The position numbers and the translations under genes were made by a program. From NCBI GenBank assembly GCA_028282665.1, contig JANQHN010000321.1, positions 1 to 58,144 on the forward strand: a DNA stretch of 58,144 nucleotides. The letters run 5' to 3'. The notes under the pieces were generated by a model, which was given only the letters and a program-made list of their open reading frames with translations, was not told where the DNA came from and searched no databases. This DNA comes from Phycisphaerae bacterium. GTDB lineage: Bacteria > Planctomycetota > Phycisphaerae > UBA1845. Positions 18,554 to 26,520 of this stretch are shown piece by piece (the first letter of the stretch is position 1; the number at the start of each line of letters is the position of its first letter).

Positions 18554-19159
18554 ATGGCGCTTCTGGACTGGTTGACCAAACGAAACAAACCGCTCTCCAG
18601 GATGACGCGGTCCGAATTGCGCCGCCAAGAACTCCTCCTCGAAAAAGACCGCAATCAGCTTCTGAACAAAATCACCAAAATCGCCAAACAGAAGCAGGAG
18701 CTATTCGCCCGCGGCAAGGAAGAGAAAATTCCTGAAGTGCGTCGCGAACTAGCTCGCGAATTTGAGCTCAAGACAACCGAACAGCTCATGCTCTCTCGCC
18801 AGCTCAACATCCGCAGCAAGGAGATGATCACCGTCTCACGCCTGCGCATGATGCGAGAAAACGCCGACCGGGCAGGCACTAACAAACAGTTAGGCCTGAT
18901 CAGCGAGGCGGACATGTTGCGGCTCGGCAAAATGATCGAGTCCGACGCGATTCGAAGCGAGGTCTACCAGGAACGACTGGACGAAATCCTGCGCATGGGC
19001 CAGGAAGTCGACGAAGGCGGAGCTTCGCTCAGCGACGCCGGCCAGGACGTCATGAATATCTGGGAACGCATGGACACCGGCGCTATCACTGACGAAAACG
19101 AAGCCTTCGAAGAGGCGGACCGCACCGTACGCCAGCGACACGCAGCGCCGGAAGAGTAA
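18554..19159 (+). CDS. ESCRT-III/Snf7-like coiled-coil protein (Vps20/CHMP6-like pattern)
   Basis: 201 aa, basic N-terminal half and acidic C-terminal half. MTRSELRRQELLLEKDRNQLLNKITKIAKQKQELFARGKEEK..VRRELAREFELKTTEQLMLSRQLNIRSKEMITVSRLRMM aligns by eye to the ESCRT-III alpha1-alpha3 core. Confidence 0.6.
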   Translation: MALLDWLTKRNKPLSRMTRSELRRQELLLEKDRNQLLNKITKIAKQKQELFARGKEEKIPEVRRELAREFELKTTEQLMLSRQLNIRSKEMITVSRLRMMRENADRAGTNKQLGLISEADMLRLGKMIESDAIRSEVYQERLDEILRMGQEVDEGGASLSDAGQDVMNIWERMDTGAITDENEAFEEADRTVRQRHAAPEE

Positions 19160-19371
19160 CGGGTGCCGCAATTGGCGAATTTCGGTTGGCGATTGGGAGC
19201 GTCTGAGTTCGTTGTATAACGCGATCTGTCCGTCATTCCCTAGAAAGCGAGAACCCAGGGCGGCTTGGTTGAGTACCTAAACGGCACCCCGGCAAGACTG
19301 ACCGATCGACATATCAGGTGCGACCAAGGCGATTCGGTCGAGATTGTGCCGCCTAGGATTAAGAGGAAACT

Positions 19372-19572
19372 ATGCCACACAAAAAGCTAAGACGCAGCGC
19401 TCGCAGTCGCATAGTCGCCGGCGTGTGCGGCGGACTCGCGGAGTACTTTGATATCGATCCAGTCGCAATACGCGTGGGCTACGTGTTACTCAGTGTACTT
19501 TCGAACGGCTTTCCAGGCGTGTTAATTTATATACTGATCTGGATTCTCGTGCCCGAACGCGAATACGTATAG
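19372..19572 (+). CDS. pspC: PspC domain-containing membrane protein
   Basis: 66 aa. KLRRSARSRIVAGVCGGLAEYFDIDPVAIRVGYVLLSVL is the PspC signature, followed by a TM helix. Confidence 0.8.
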   Translation: MPHKKLRRSARSRIVAGVCGGLAEYFDIDPVAIRVGYVLLSVLSNGFPGVLIYILIWILVPEREYV

Positions 19573-19699
19573 GTTAGGTAGGCATCGTCGATTTGTGGCC
19601 GTCGAATGTTGACGGAAAAACGTTTAAACGCTCGCAAAAGGTCAAAACACAACCGCGATTTCATCGAAAATCGGTCATCAATAATACCGAGAGGTAAAT

Positions 19700-20308
19700 A
19701 TGGGACTGTTTAAATCAGCCGAAGAACGACGAATCGAGCGCGACATCAAGATTCGTCAGGGTATTCGTCGCATCGAGAAATCCATTCGTGAGCAAGCGAA
19801 GTTTCAGGATGAATTCATCAAGAACGCCCAACGCGCGAAGCAGATCGGCGACACCGCGCAGTACAACTTCATCCGCAATTCGCTCAAGAAGACCGCGGCA
19901 ATCCGCAAGATGCTCGAGCGGCAATTGCTCTCCGTAAAGAACGCCTTGCTCATCAAGCGGCAGGCGGAGGCAAGTGCCGACTTCGCACAGAGCATGGGCA
20001 TGATGGCCAGCGAAATCGGCAAACTTTTCGGCGAAACGGACCTCGTAAAAACGCAGGCGGACTGGGAGAAGGCGATGGTCCAGTCGCAGACGATGGAGGA
20101 ACGGATGAGCATGTTCCTCGACTCCGTGGAAGACATGGCCAGCCAGGATGTCGAAATGAGCGGCGCGACCGACGTGCTCAGCGACGAAGAAATCGATCGC
20201 ATGATCGAAGCGGAGACCGAGGCGGAACATCAAAAAGAATTGGACAAACTCGCGGGATTGCGGGCGGAACTGGACCAGCTCAAGGGCAAGAGCGAGAAGC
20301 AGAAGTAG
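19700..20308 (+). CDS. ESCRT-III-like protein (Vps2/Vps24/CHMP1-like; PspA superfamily) with C-terminal MIM-like helix
   Basis: 202 aa, starting MGLFKSAEER. It has a basic helical hairpin, a central segment FAQSMGMMASEIGKLFGETDLVKTQADWEKAMVQSQTMEERMSMFLDSVEDM (CHMP-like alpha3-alpha5), an acidic tail and a terminal LAGLRAELDQLKGK. Confidence 0.7.
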   Translation: MGLFKSAEERRIERDIKIRQGIRRIEKSIREQAKFQDEFIKNAQRAKQIGDTAQYNFIRNSLKKTAAIRKMLERQLLSVKNALLIKRQAEASADFAQSMGMMASEIGKLFGETDLVKTQADWEKAMVQSQTMEERMSMFLDSVEDMASQDVEMSGATDVLSDEEIDRMIEAETEAEHQKELDKLAGLRAELDQLKGKSEKQK

Positions 20309-20394
20309 GCTATCGGTCCAAATGACTCGCAATTAGTGGAATACCGATACGCAACCTGGCATTCGCACAAAATACGACACCGGAACCTATACCC

Positions 20395-21513
20395 ATGTCC
20401 GTATCCTTCGCCACATTTGAACGTCTGAAAAACAAGGGCGTATCCTCGTACCAGAAGGGCGACTACCTTGCCGCGAAGAGTTACCTCGTCGACGCGGCCG
20501 AGTGCCTGATCGAACTTGCAGAGAAGGCGAAGACCGACGAAGCACGCCGCCAACACGAAGAACTCGCCGCCGAACTCATCGAACTCGCCAAGGAGGCGGA
20601 CCAAAACCACAAAACCGGCGGAAAAAAGAAGCGTCGCCAGTCCGTCTCCGAAGACGAAAGCGAATCGGACGCCTCCGAGTGGATCGTTAAGGAGAAACCG
20701 GACATCGGCTTCGACGACATCGCCGGTTTGGACGACGTCAAACAGGACATTCGCCTCAAGATGCTCTACCCGTTCAAGCACCCCGAACTCGCTAAAAAAT
20801 ACGGTATTTCGACGGGCGGTGGGGTACTGCTCTACGGCCCGCCGGGCACCGGAAAAACCATGATGGCAAAAGCGATTGCGCACGAGGTCGAGGCGACATT
20901 CTTCGTGATCTCCCCGGCACAAATGCTTAGCAAATGGGTTGGTGAGGCGGAGCAGAACATCAAAAAGCTCTTCGATGCCGCCAAACAGGAAGAAATCGCC
21001 GTCATCTTCATCGACGAAATCGAAGCCCTCGTGCCGCGTCGCAAAAGCGACTCGTCAACGGTGATGCAACGCGTCGTGCCGCAAATTCTCCAGGAACTCG
21101 AAGGCTTCGACCGCAAGTCGGACCGGGCGCTCTTGTTCATCGGAGCGACGAATAAGCCGTGGATGCTGGATGAAGCGATGATGAGACCCGGTCGAATGGA
21201 TGCGCGAATTTACGTTGGCCTACCCGATGGTCCAGCCCGCTTCAAGCTGCTCGAAATCTACCTCGCGCGCAGACCTTTGGATGGCGATGTGAACTTCGGC
21301 ATTTTATGCGACAAACTTGACGGCTATACTGGAGCGGACATCAAGAACATCGCCCAACAGGCAGCCCAGATCCCCTTCATGGAAGCGATCGGCGGCGGCG
21401 AACCCAGGCCGATCTCGATGGCGGATGTCGTCGCGGTCATCGACCAAACTCCACCTTCCGTCCACCCCTCGGATCTTGTGCGATTTGACAAGTTCCGAGC
21501 GGATGGGAAATAA
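20395..21513 (+). CDS. Vps4/CdvC-like AAA+ ATPase with N-terminal MIT-like domain
   Basis: 372 aa. The N-terminal three-helix segment is YQKGDYLAAKSYLVDAAECLIELAEKAKTDEARRQHEELAAELIELAKEA. It then has VKEKPDIGFDDIAGLDDVKQDIRLKMLYPFKHPELA, Walker A GPPGTGKT, the pore loop SKWVGEAEQNIKKLF, Walker B VIFIDEIE and a C-terminal DLVRFDKFRADG. These all parallel archaeal CdvC and eukaryotic Vps4. Confidence 0.85.
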   Translation: MSVSFATFERLKNKGVSSYQKGDYLAAKSYLVDAAECLIELAEKAKTDEARRQHEELAAELIELAKEADQNHKTGGKKKRRQSVSEDESESDASEWIVKEKPDIGFDDIAGLDDVKQDIRLKMLYPFKHPELAKKYGISTGGGVLLYGPPGTGKTMMAKAIAHEVEATFFVISPAQMLSKWVGEAEQNIKKLFDAAKQEEIAVIFIDEIEALVPRRKSDSSTVMQRVVPQILQELEGFDRKSDRALLFIGATNKPWMLDEAMMRPGRMDARIYVGLPDGPARFKLLEIYLARRPLDGDVNFGILCDKLDGYTGADIKNIAQQAAQIPFMEAIGGGEPRPISMADVVAVIDQTPPSVHPSDLVRFDKFRADGK

Positions 21514-21667
21514 AAATCGCTGGGAAGTCGAAATGTCAAGATCCGGAACTTTAGGTAGTGCCATTGCCAACACCGAGTTCGAATCCAGCAACGAATCGTG
21601 CTCCGTGCGACTTATTGAGGGTTCGTCCGTATTGCATTTGTCACGCCTGAGTTGATCCGTTGGTCAG

Positions 21668-22183
21668 CTACACGTCGTTTCTTACGATCTGCCGAATTCG
21701 CGCCAGGTGATAGTCGTCGTGCTCGCAAGTAAAGTGCACGAGATCGACAAGACGCATCTGTTTCTCCAGGCGAGGATGTACGGCAGAGCGGAACCACATG
21801 TCCTCGGATTGCGTTTCCAGCCGGCTCGTGAATTCGTACCGTCCTTCACAAAACGAAGCGAGAAGATCGTCGATGCTGCGGTTATTGTGATCAGCGGCGT
21901 TGGTGGCCGCGTTGGTCAGGTCCGCCGCGACGAGATTCGATTCGCCTGCGACCAATTGCTCGAATCGTCGCACCCACAACGTTTCCACATCAATCAAGTG
22001 TCCGATGTTCTGCTGAATTGTCCAACCTTGACCGTCATCAGCAGTCAACAACTGCGGGCGGACACCGGCTATCAGCGCTTCGACTCGTAAGGGCGTACCG
22101 CGCAGGCGCTCGAGCAAATCAGGGAATTTCTCGGGCGGATAGTCGAAATTGAAGTGTCGTTCGAACCAAGGCCAGCGTTTCAT
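21668..22183 (-). CDS. DinB family protein
   Basis: 171 aa from ATG 22183, with GGGAG upstream. Four-helix-bundle pattern with conserved His (IGHLIDVE, FTCEHDDYHLARI). Confidence 0.75.
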   Translation of the reverse strand: MKRWPWFERHFNFDYPPEKFPDLLERLRGTPLRVEALIAGVRPQLLTADDGQGWTIQQNIGHLIDVETLWVRRFEQLVAGESNLVAADLTNAATNAADHNNRSIDDLLASFCEGRYEFTSRLETQSEDMWFRSAVHPRLEKQMRLVDLVHFTCEHDDYHLARIRQIVRNDV

Positions 22184-22264
22184 GATTAGGCTCCCTTCTG
22201 ATTCTGCGAACATGAGTGCTGTGATACCCACTCGTCGATACCAACGACATCATAAAGCATGCAG

Positions 22265-23095
22265 CTATAAACCGCTTTTGCGCAGGAACGAAGCAAGTCC
22301 TGCGAGATCGTCTGTGTTGATGTAGTCCACCCCTTCGCGATGAAGCAACCACCACACGGATTGACGATCGGGGGTTGCCCAGAATCGCACTTTTCGGCCG
22401 CGCGCGTGAGCTTTTTTGACAACGTCGCGCAGTCTGGTGAGTTCATCCGCGGGCATTGGCTTACTGCCACGCCAAGTGAACAGCTTCTTGGCGTTATCAC
22501 TGATAAGCGGCATAAGGTGAACGGTGGCATCACTATCGAGATCGCCGAGCCGGCCATCGTATCCGGCGAATCTTAGCGACTGCGCTCGCATCTTTTCAAT
22601 GGGGCGGCTTCCTGAGATGACGACCTGGATCGGCCCCGTTTTCAATTCATTTTCTCGCACGACGTGCAACATGGCGGCGTATTCGGAAAGCTGCTTGTGC
22701 AACACATCGTACGTTTTCTTCGCGTCAGACTTGATATCGACGAGAAGGAGGAACGGTCGAGATTGGCCGTGGTAAACGACGCCATCGTTTGCTTCAACAC
22801 GCTGACGAAGCGGTTCAAGGTAGAGTGATCGGAGCGTGCGATTTGGATTGGTAAGTAATCGATGGTGGGCGACGAGCAGTTCGCCTTCAACAAGATTGAT
22901 GTCCGCTTCAACGCTCATGAAACCATGATCAAGCGCATCTAAGAGTGGGCGGGAATGCTCGTAGTCGTTGTGTGCGTGGGCACGGTTGAGCACTTGAACG
23001 ATAGCGGGCTTATTGCGCGAGGCGCAACCGAGGAGCACGAAGCAAGAAATCATAATCAGACACGCCTCAACGAACCGGTCGCTTTTAGAATTCAT
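22265..23095 (-). CDS. Ca-dependent PI-PLC-like / GDPD-superfamily phosphodiesterase lipoprotein
   Basis: 276 aa from ATG 23095, with the lipoprotein signal LIMISCFVLLGC. Has AHAHNDYEHSRPLLDALDHGFMSVEADINL and a C-terminal FWATPD...GVDYINTDD. The start is uncertain, since the ORF stays open to 23254. Confidence 0.7.
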   Translation of the reverse strand: MNSKSDRFVEACLIMISCFVLLGCASRNKPAIVQVLNRAHAHNDYEHSRPLLDALDHGFMSVEADINLVEGELLVAHHRLLTNPNRTLRSLYLEPLRQRVEANDGVVYHGQSRPFLLLVDIKSDAKKTYDVLHKQLSEYAAMLHVVRENELKTGPIQVVISGSRPIEKMRAQSLRFAGYDGRLGDLDSDATVHLMPLISDNAKKLFTWRGSKPMPADELTRLRDVVKKAHARGRKVRFWATPDRQSVWWLLHREGVDYINTDDLAGLASFLRKSGL

Positions 23096-23326
23096 CCGTC
23101 TCAACCCTATCTGGAATTTGTTGTGAAGACGAATCATCAAAACCCAACCGTTCGAGCACGTCAAACCATCGGGCATGTTTTGAGCCTGGCAGACGAATTC
23201 CACAGTATGCTGCGGGCATGATGACTGAATGCTCGTGGCATGTTTGGACAACAATGGAATTTTGGTTCAGGTGTCATTAAAGTGGCTACCGGAGACTGGG
23301 ATTCACGATTTCGCATACACATTGCC

Positions 23327-23815
23327 TCAGCCATCCTGGAGCCCTGCATATTGATTGATCAGTTCGTCCAGCACAGCTTTGGTAACGGATTCTGTTCGTT
23401 CACCACTTGCGCTGGTAACCGCGAGGAAGGCGAAATTCTACTCCCGGAGCGATCATGATGATGGCGTACCACATGCGTTACCGGCGTGGGTGAGACCAAA
23501 ACAAATTCCTTTCGTTTGGAAGTGACACAATCTATTATGCAATGCAGCCCTTGAGTCGGGGTATGCAGTTTCTTGATTGTCTCCGGCTTGAGTATATACC
23601 CATCGAGGCTATTGATCCTCCGCGGGCAGCCATTAAATGAAACGGCGCATGCTTTGCCCAGTACGCCAGTGTCAGGCGAACACATTCCGCCGAGCTGTAG
23701 ACGGAGAGATTGTCCGTAGCGACTTTTGCCAGATCAAAGGTCGGTTCACTCGCGATGGCCAATGCGGAGGTCAGAACGAAGCCGAGGGCGATACATACAA
23801 ACGCATGATGTCTCG
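23327..23815 (-). pseudogene. decayed remnant of a beta-lactamase-related serine hydrolase gene
   Basis: The minus strand has a signal-peptide-like AFVCIALGFVLTSALA with no in-frame ATG. Family-like pieces then appear in three frames (FDLAKVA; FNG..ILKPETIKKLHTPTQGL; FGLTHAGNACGT...NFAFLAVTS..AVLDELINQY), broken by frameshifts and by an in-frame TGA and TAG. Confidence 0.35.
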
Positions 23816-23875
23816 CTTACGTGGCGTAGGTTCGTGGATTGCGCAGGTAAATCGCCAGTCTGATGGCACCCCAGA

Positions 23876-24730
23876 TCATACACGCTCGCCCGAGTCGGAA
23901 AGTACCCACCCGGCATTTCCATCGGGCAGTTCGATACGCCACCACGCGCCTCGTTCTTCCAACACGGTGAACTCGACGCCCGCCTGGAGAGGTTGGGCGA
24001 ACTGCTTTTGGTACCCCTCACCCGGTCCTTTCCGCACGGTGACGTCGGTGCCGAGAAGGACCGCAGGAGGTGTGCGCTCGTTGCTTTGACGTTCATAAAT
24101 CACGGAACCAATCGACATCGCACAAAACAAGCCCGCAGCTAGAGCGCACCAAGCCACTGCCTGCGAGCGCACGAAATTGCGTATGAGAAGGAGAATCCAA
24201 AGGGCTGCAAACAGCGCGATCGCGGCACGGATTCTACCTCCCATTGTGGTGTCGAAGTGCCAGAACAGCAACGAACGCAACAGTTTGTCCCGGCCTGCAG
24301 TCGCGATTTGATTCACCCGTCGTTCGCGCGCGAGATTCAAGTTGTGTGCGAGGTAGGGGTCGCGCGGGATGAGGCGCTGCGCTCGGCGGTAGTGGAGAAT
24401 GGCCTCACCGATGTCGCCGGCTTGCAAGTAGGCGTTGCCAAGGTTGTATTCGAGTTTCCCGTTTGACACGCCGCGTGCGATGATGGTTTCCAGTTGGGTC
24501 GCGACGTTGCGAAAGATGCGCCTGGCTTCGTCGGGATTTGCTTCAAGCAGAGCTTGCGCTCGGTCAAACTCCTCCAATGCTGCCGCGATGCGTTCCTCGT
24601 CGGCGGGCGCGGCAGCCATCTCCGCCCAAACCGGTGCCGACGTCATCGACAAGACAACAAGCCCAAGAATACGGATGAGCATTGCCTTTAGCGCGGCTGG
24701 TCGCGAATTGGGCGAAAAGACACCAGTCAT
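23876..24730 (-). CDS. batE: BatE-like protein (signal peptide, TPR, TM segments, C-terminal SH3b)
   Basis: 284 aa. Has the TPR LEYNLGNAYLQAGDIGEAILHYRRAQRLIPRD and a C-terminal SH3-like VTVRKGPGEGYQKQFAQPLQAGVEFTVLEERGAWWRIELPDGNAGWV. ATGA overlap with batD. Confidence 0.75.
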   Translation of the reverse strand: MTGVFSPNSRPAALKAMLIRILGLVVLSMTSAPVWAEMAAAPADEERIAAALEEFDRAQALLEANPDEARRIFRNVATQLETIIARGVSNGKLEYNLGNAYLQAGDIGEAILHYRRAQRLIPRDPYLAHNLNLARERRVNQIATAGRDKLLRSLLFWHFDTTMGGRIRAAIALFAALWILLLIRNFVRSQAVAWCALAAGLFCAMSIGSVIYERQSNERTPPAVLLGTDVTVRKGPGEGYQKQFAQPLQAGVEFTVLEERGAWWRIELPDGNAGWVLSDSGERV

Positions 24731-26520
24731 GATTTCGCCACCTCCTTGATAATCGATTCTGCCCGGTCAATAAGGCGATTGGCTTCTTCTTCCGCCCCCC
24801 CCATACCCGCGTAGCTCGCCTGCTCACATTCTCGAATGAAATCCACAACCATCGTTCGTGTTTTGTCTTTTATCCCAAATTCCATAAATCGGGCGTTGAG
24901 TTCTTCACAAGCAAGGTGACCTGTCGGAAGATTTAACCAGTCAGCCACGAAGCGCCCTACCGCCTGACCCGTCTTGTGGATTTTGTCGGCACTCACGGAA
25001 GATCGCCTGGCCTCCTGAAGCATTTCCTTCGCTACCCCGTGCGCTTGACGTCGCCGCGCGTACGCCGGATCGGTGGACAGGCGTTTTCGTCGTAGCGTGA
25101 TAAACGTGACCAGCAAATAAACAGCAGGAGGGAAGCAGAGGGTCGCAGCCCACACCGGTGTCAACAAAAACTGCTGCGACGCGACAAGTCTACTTGCATT
25201 TGCATAGTTGGGCATGATCCCTCCGCTGAGCACCGTGAGTGTCTCGCTCTCGGGTTTAGCCTCTGTCCCATCGGTTAGTTGTATTGCGCCTAGCTGTTTG
25301 GACGGCGGATCGACTACGATGTCCAGTGCGTCGCTACGCAACGTTACGTACGCCTCTTCGACGGGGTCGAAGTAAGACATAGAGAGCGGAGGAATGGTTT
25401 GCTCGCCCTCACGCTTGGGAAACACCGCCTTGCGAAACACTTTCGCATCGTCCTGGAGTTCGCCTACGAGTTCTTCACGCGTGAAGTCAAACCGACTGAC
25501 GAGTTCGGGTTGCAAACTCAGGTCCGGTCCGGGGGCGCCTGCGATCGGATCGCCTTGAAGCTCGATTGTAATGGTGACGGGTTCGCCCAGTTCGATGCGC
25601 TGCGGCTTGGCGCTAACATTCATATCGTACCGGCCAATCGCGCCTACGTAGTCGGCAGGTTTGCCATTCTCCGGCGGCGCTTTGACGACGACAATAATCG
25701 CATCGGCCCGAGCAGTAGCACGCTCAGCATCCACCACGGTCAGTTCGCCCCAAATGTTTCGTCGCACTGCGGTTGGATAGTTGACCCGTGCGAAGATCGG
25801 ACCGATTTGCGCTTGACCGGGATCGGCTGCTACGAAGTCAACGGTAAAATGGAAGACTTTGTACGCGTGCCGTTCACCATCCGAATCAGTCAGCCAAGTT
25901 TGTCTGTAAGTGCCTTGCCTCTGTCGAATCACATCCAAAAAAATGCCAAACTTTGATCGCTCAAGATCCAGAACATTGCGTATCAGATCGATATCCACAA
26001 CCTGGCCGCGCTGGGTGAATTCGCGAATGTAGAGTTTCAGTGTGGCACGATAGGTTTGTGTCACATAAACAGCATCCGGAAAGACCTCCAACTCCACGAA
26101 GACGAGGCTTTCGGATTTGGGCTTGATAGTCGGCTCGCGTACGAAAACGTTGGTCGTATCCGTGGTGTATTCCCGCCCATCGGCCGTAACAGTGAACGGA
26201 CCTACCTCGTAGCTGCCCGCTTTGGATGCGGTGAGGCTGAGGAAATAGGTGTAGGTAGCCCGTTCGGTGCGGCGTCCGTTGACGATGCTGACCATCGACC
26301 GCTGCGAAGGATTGGGGTTCAAAAGCTGAATTTCCAAATTTTCCCGCGCAACAACCTGAGGAGCAGACGGCACACCGGTGTTGGTGCAAACCAACTGCAC
26401 CAGCACGGGTTCGCCAACCTCAATCGACTTCGATTGAATGTTCACCGTTACGCCAGGCGACTGTGCGAAAACCGCCGAGGCGATGCATAACGATACGAAA
26501 AAAAACGCGTATTTGGACAT
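24727..26520 (-). CDS. batD: BatD-like (oxygen tolerance family) protein
   Basis: 597 aa with a signal peptide, repeated beta-rich segments, one late TM helix and a cytoplasmic tail. Its position between BatC and BatE is as in the Bacteroides Bat operon. Confidence 0.75.
   Translation of the reverse strand: MSKYAFFFVSLCIASAVFAQSPGVTVNIQSKSIEVGEPVLVQLVCTNTGVPSAPQVVARENLEIQLLNPNPSQRSMVSIVNGRRTERATYTYFLSLTASKAGSYEVGPFTVTADGREYTTDTTNVFVREPTIKPKSESLVFVELEVFPDAVYVTQTYRATLKLYIREFTQRGQVVDIDLIRNVLDLERSKFGIFLDVIRQRQGTYRQTWLTDSDGERHAYKVFHFTVDFVAADPGQAQIGPIFARVNYPTAVRRNIWGELTVVDAERATARADAIIVVVKAPPENGKPADYVGAIGRYDMNVSAKPQRIELGEPVTITIELQGDPIAGAPGPDLSLQPELVSRFDFTREELVGELQDDAKVFRKAVFPKREGEQTIPPLSMSYFDPVEEAYVTLRSDALDIVVDPPSKQLGAIQLTDGTEAKPESETLTVLSGGIMPNYANASRLVASQQFLLTPVWAATLCFPPAVYLLVTFITLRRKRLSTDPAYARRRQAHGVAKEMLQEARRSSVSADKIHKTGQAVGRFVADWLNLPTGHLACEELNARFMEFGIKDKTRTMVVDFIRECEQASYAGMGGAEEEANRLIDRAESIIKEVAKS

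Noticed and set aside
19715-20922. Antisense ORFs 19715-20332 (205 aa) and 20230-20922 (230 aa), opposite the ESCRT-III-like and Vps4-like genes.
   Set aside because: The sense frames carry strong family motifs (Walker A/B, MIT, CHMP-like core). The antisense products are low-complexity with no starts or SDs of note.
21575-21586. GAGTTCGAATCC, identical to the tRNA T-loop consensus, in the spacer after the Vps4-like gene. It could be a tRNA or an integration scar.
   Set aside because: The flanking bases cannot form a T-stem (ccgag versus ccagc). No acceptor, D or anticodon arms can be drawn on either strand. I treat it as chance or an undatable fragment.
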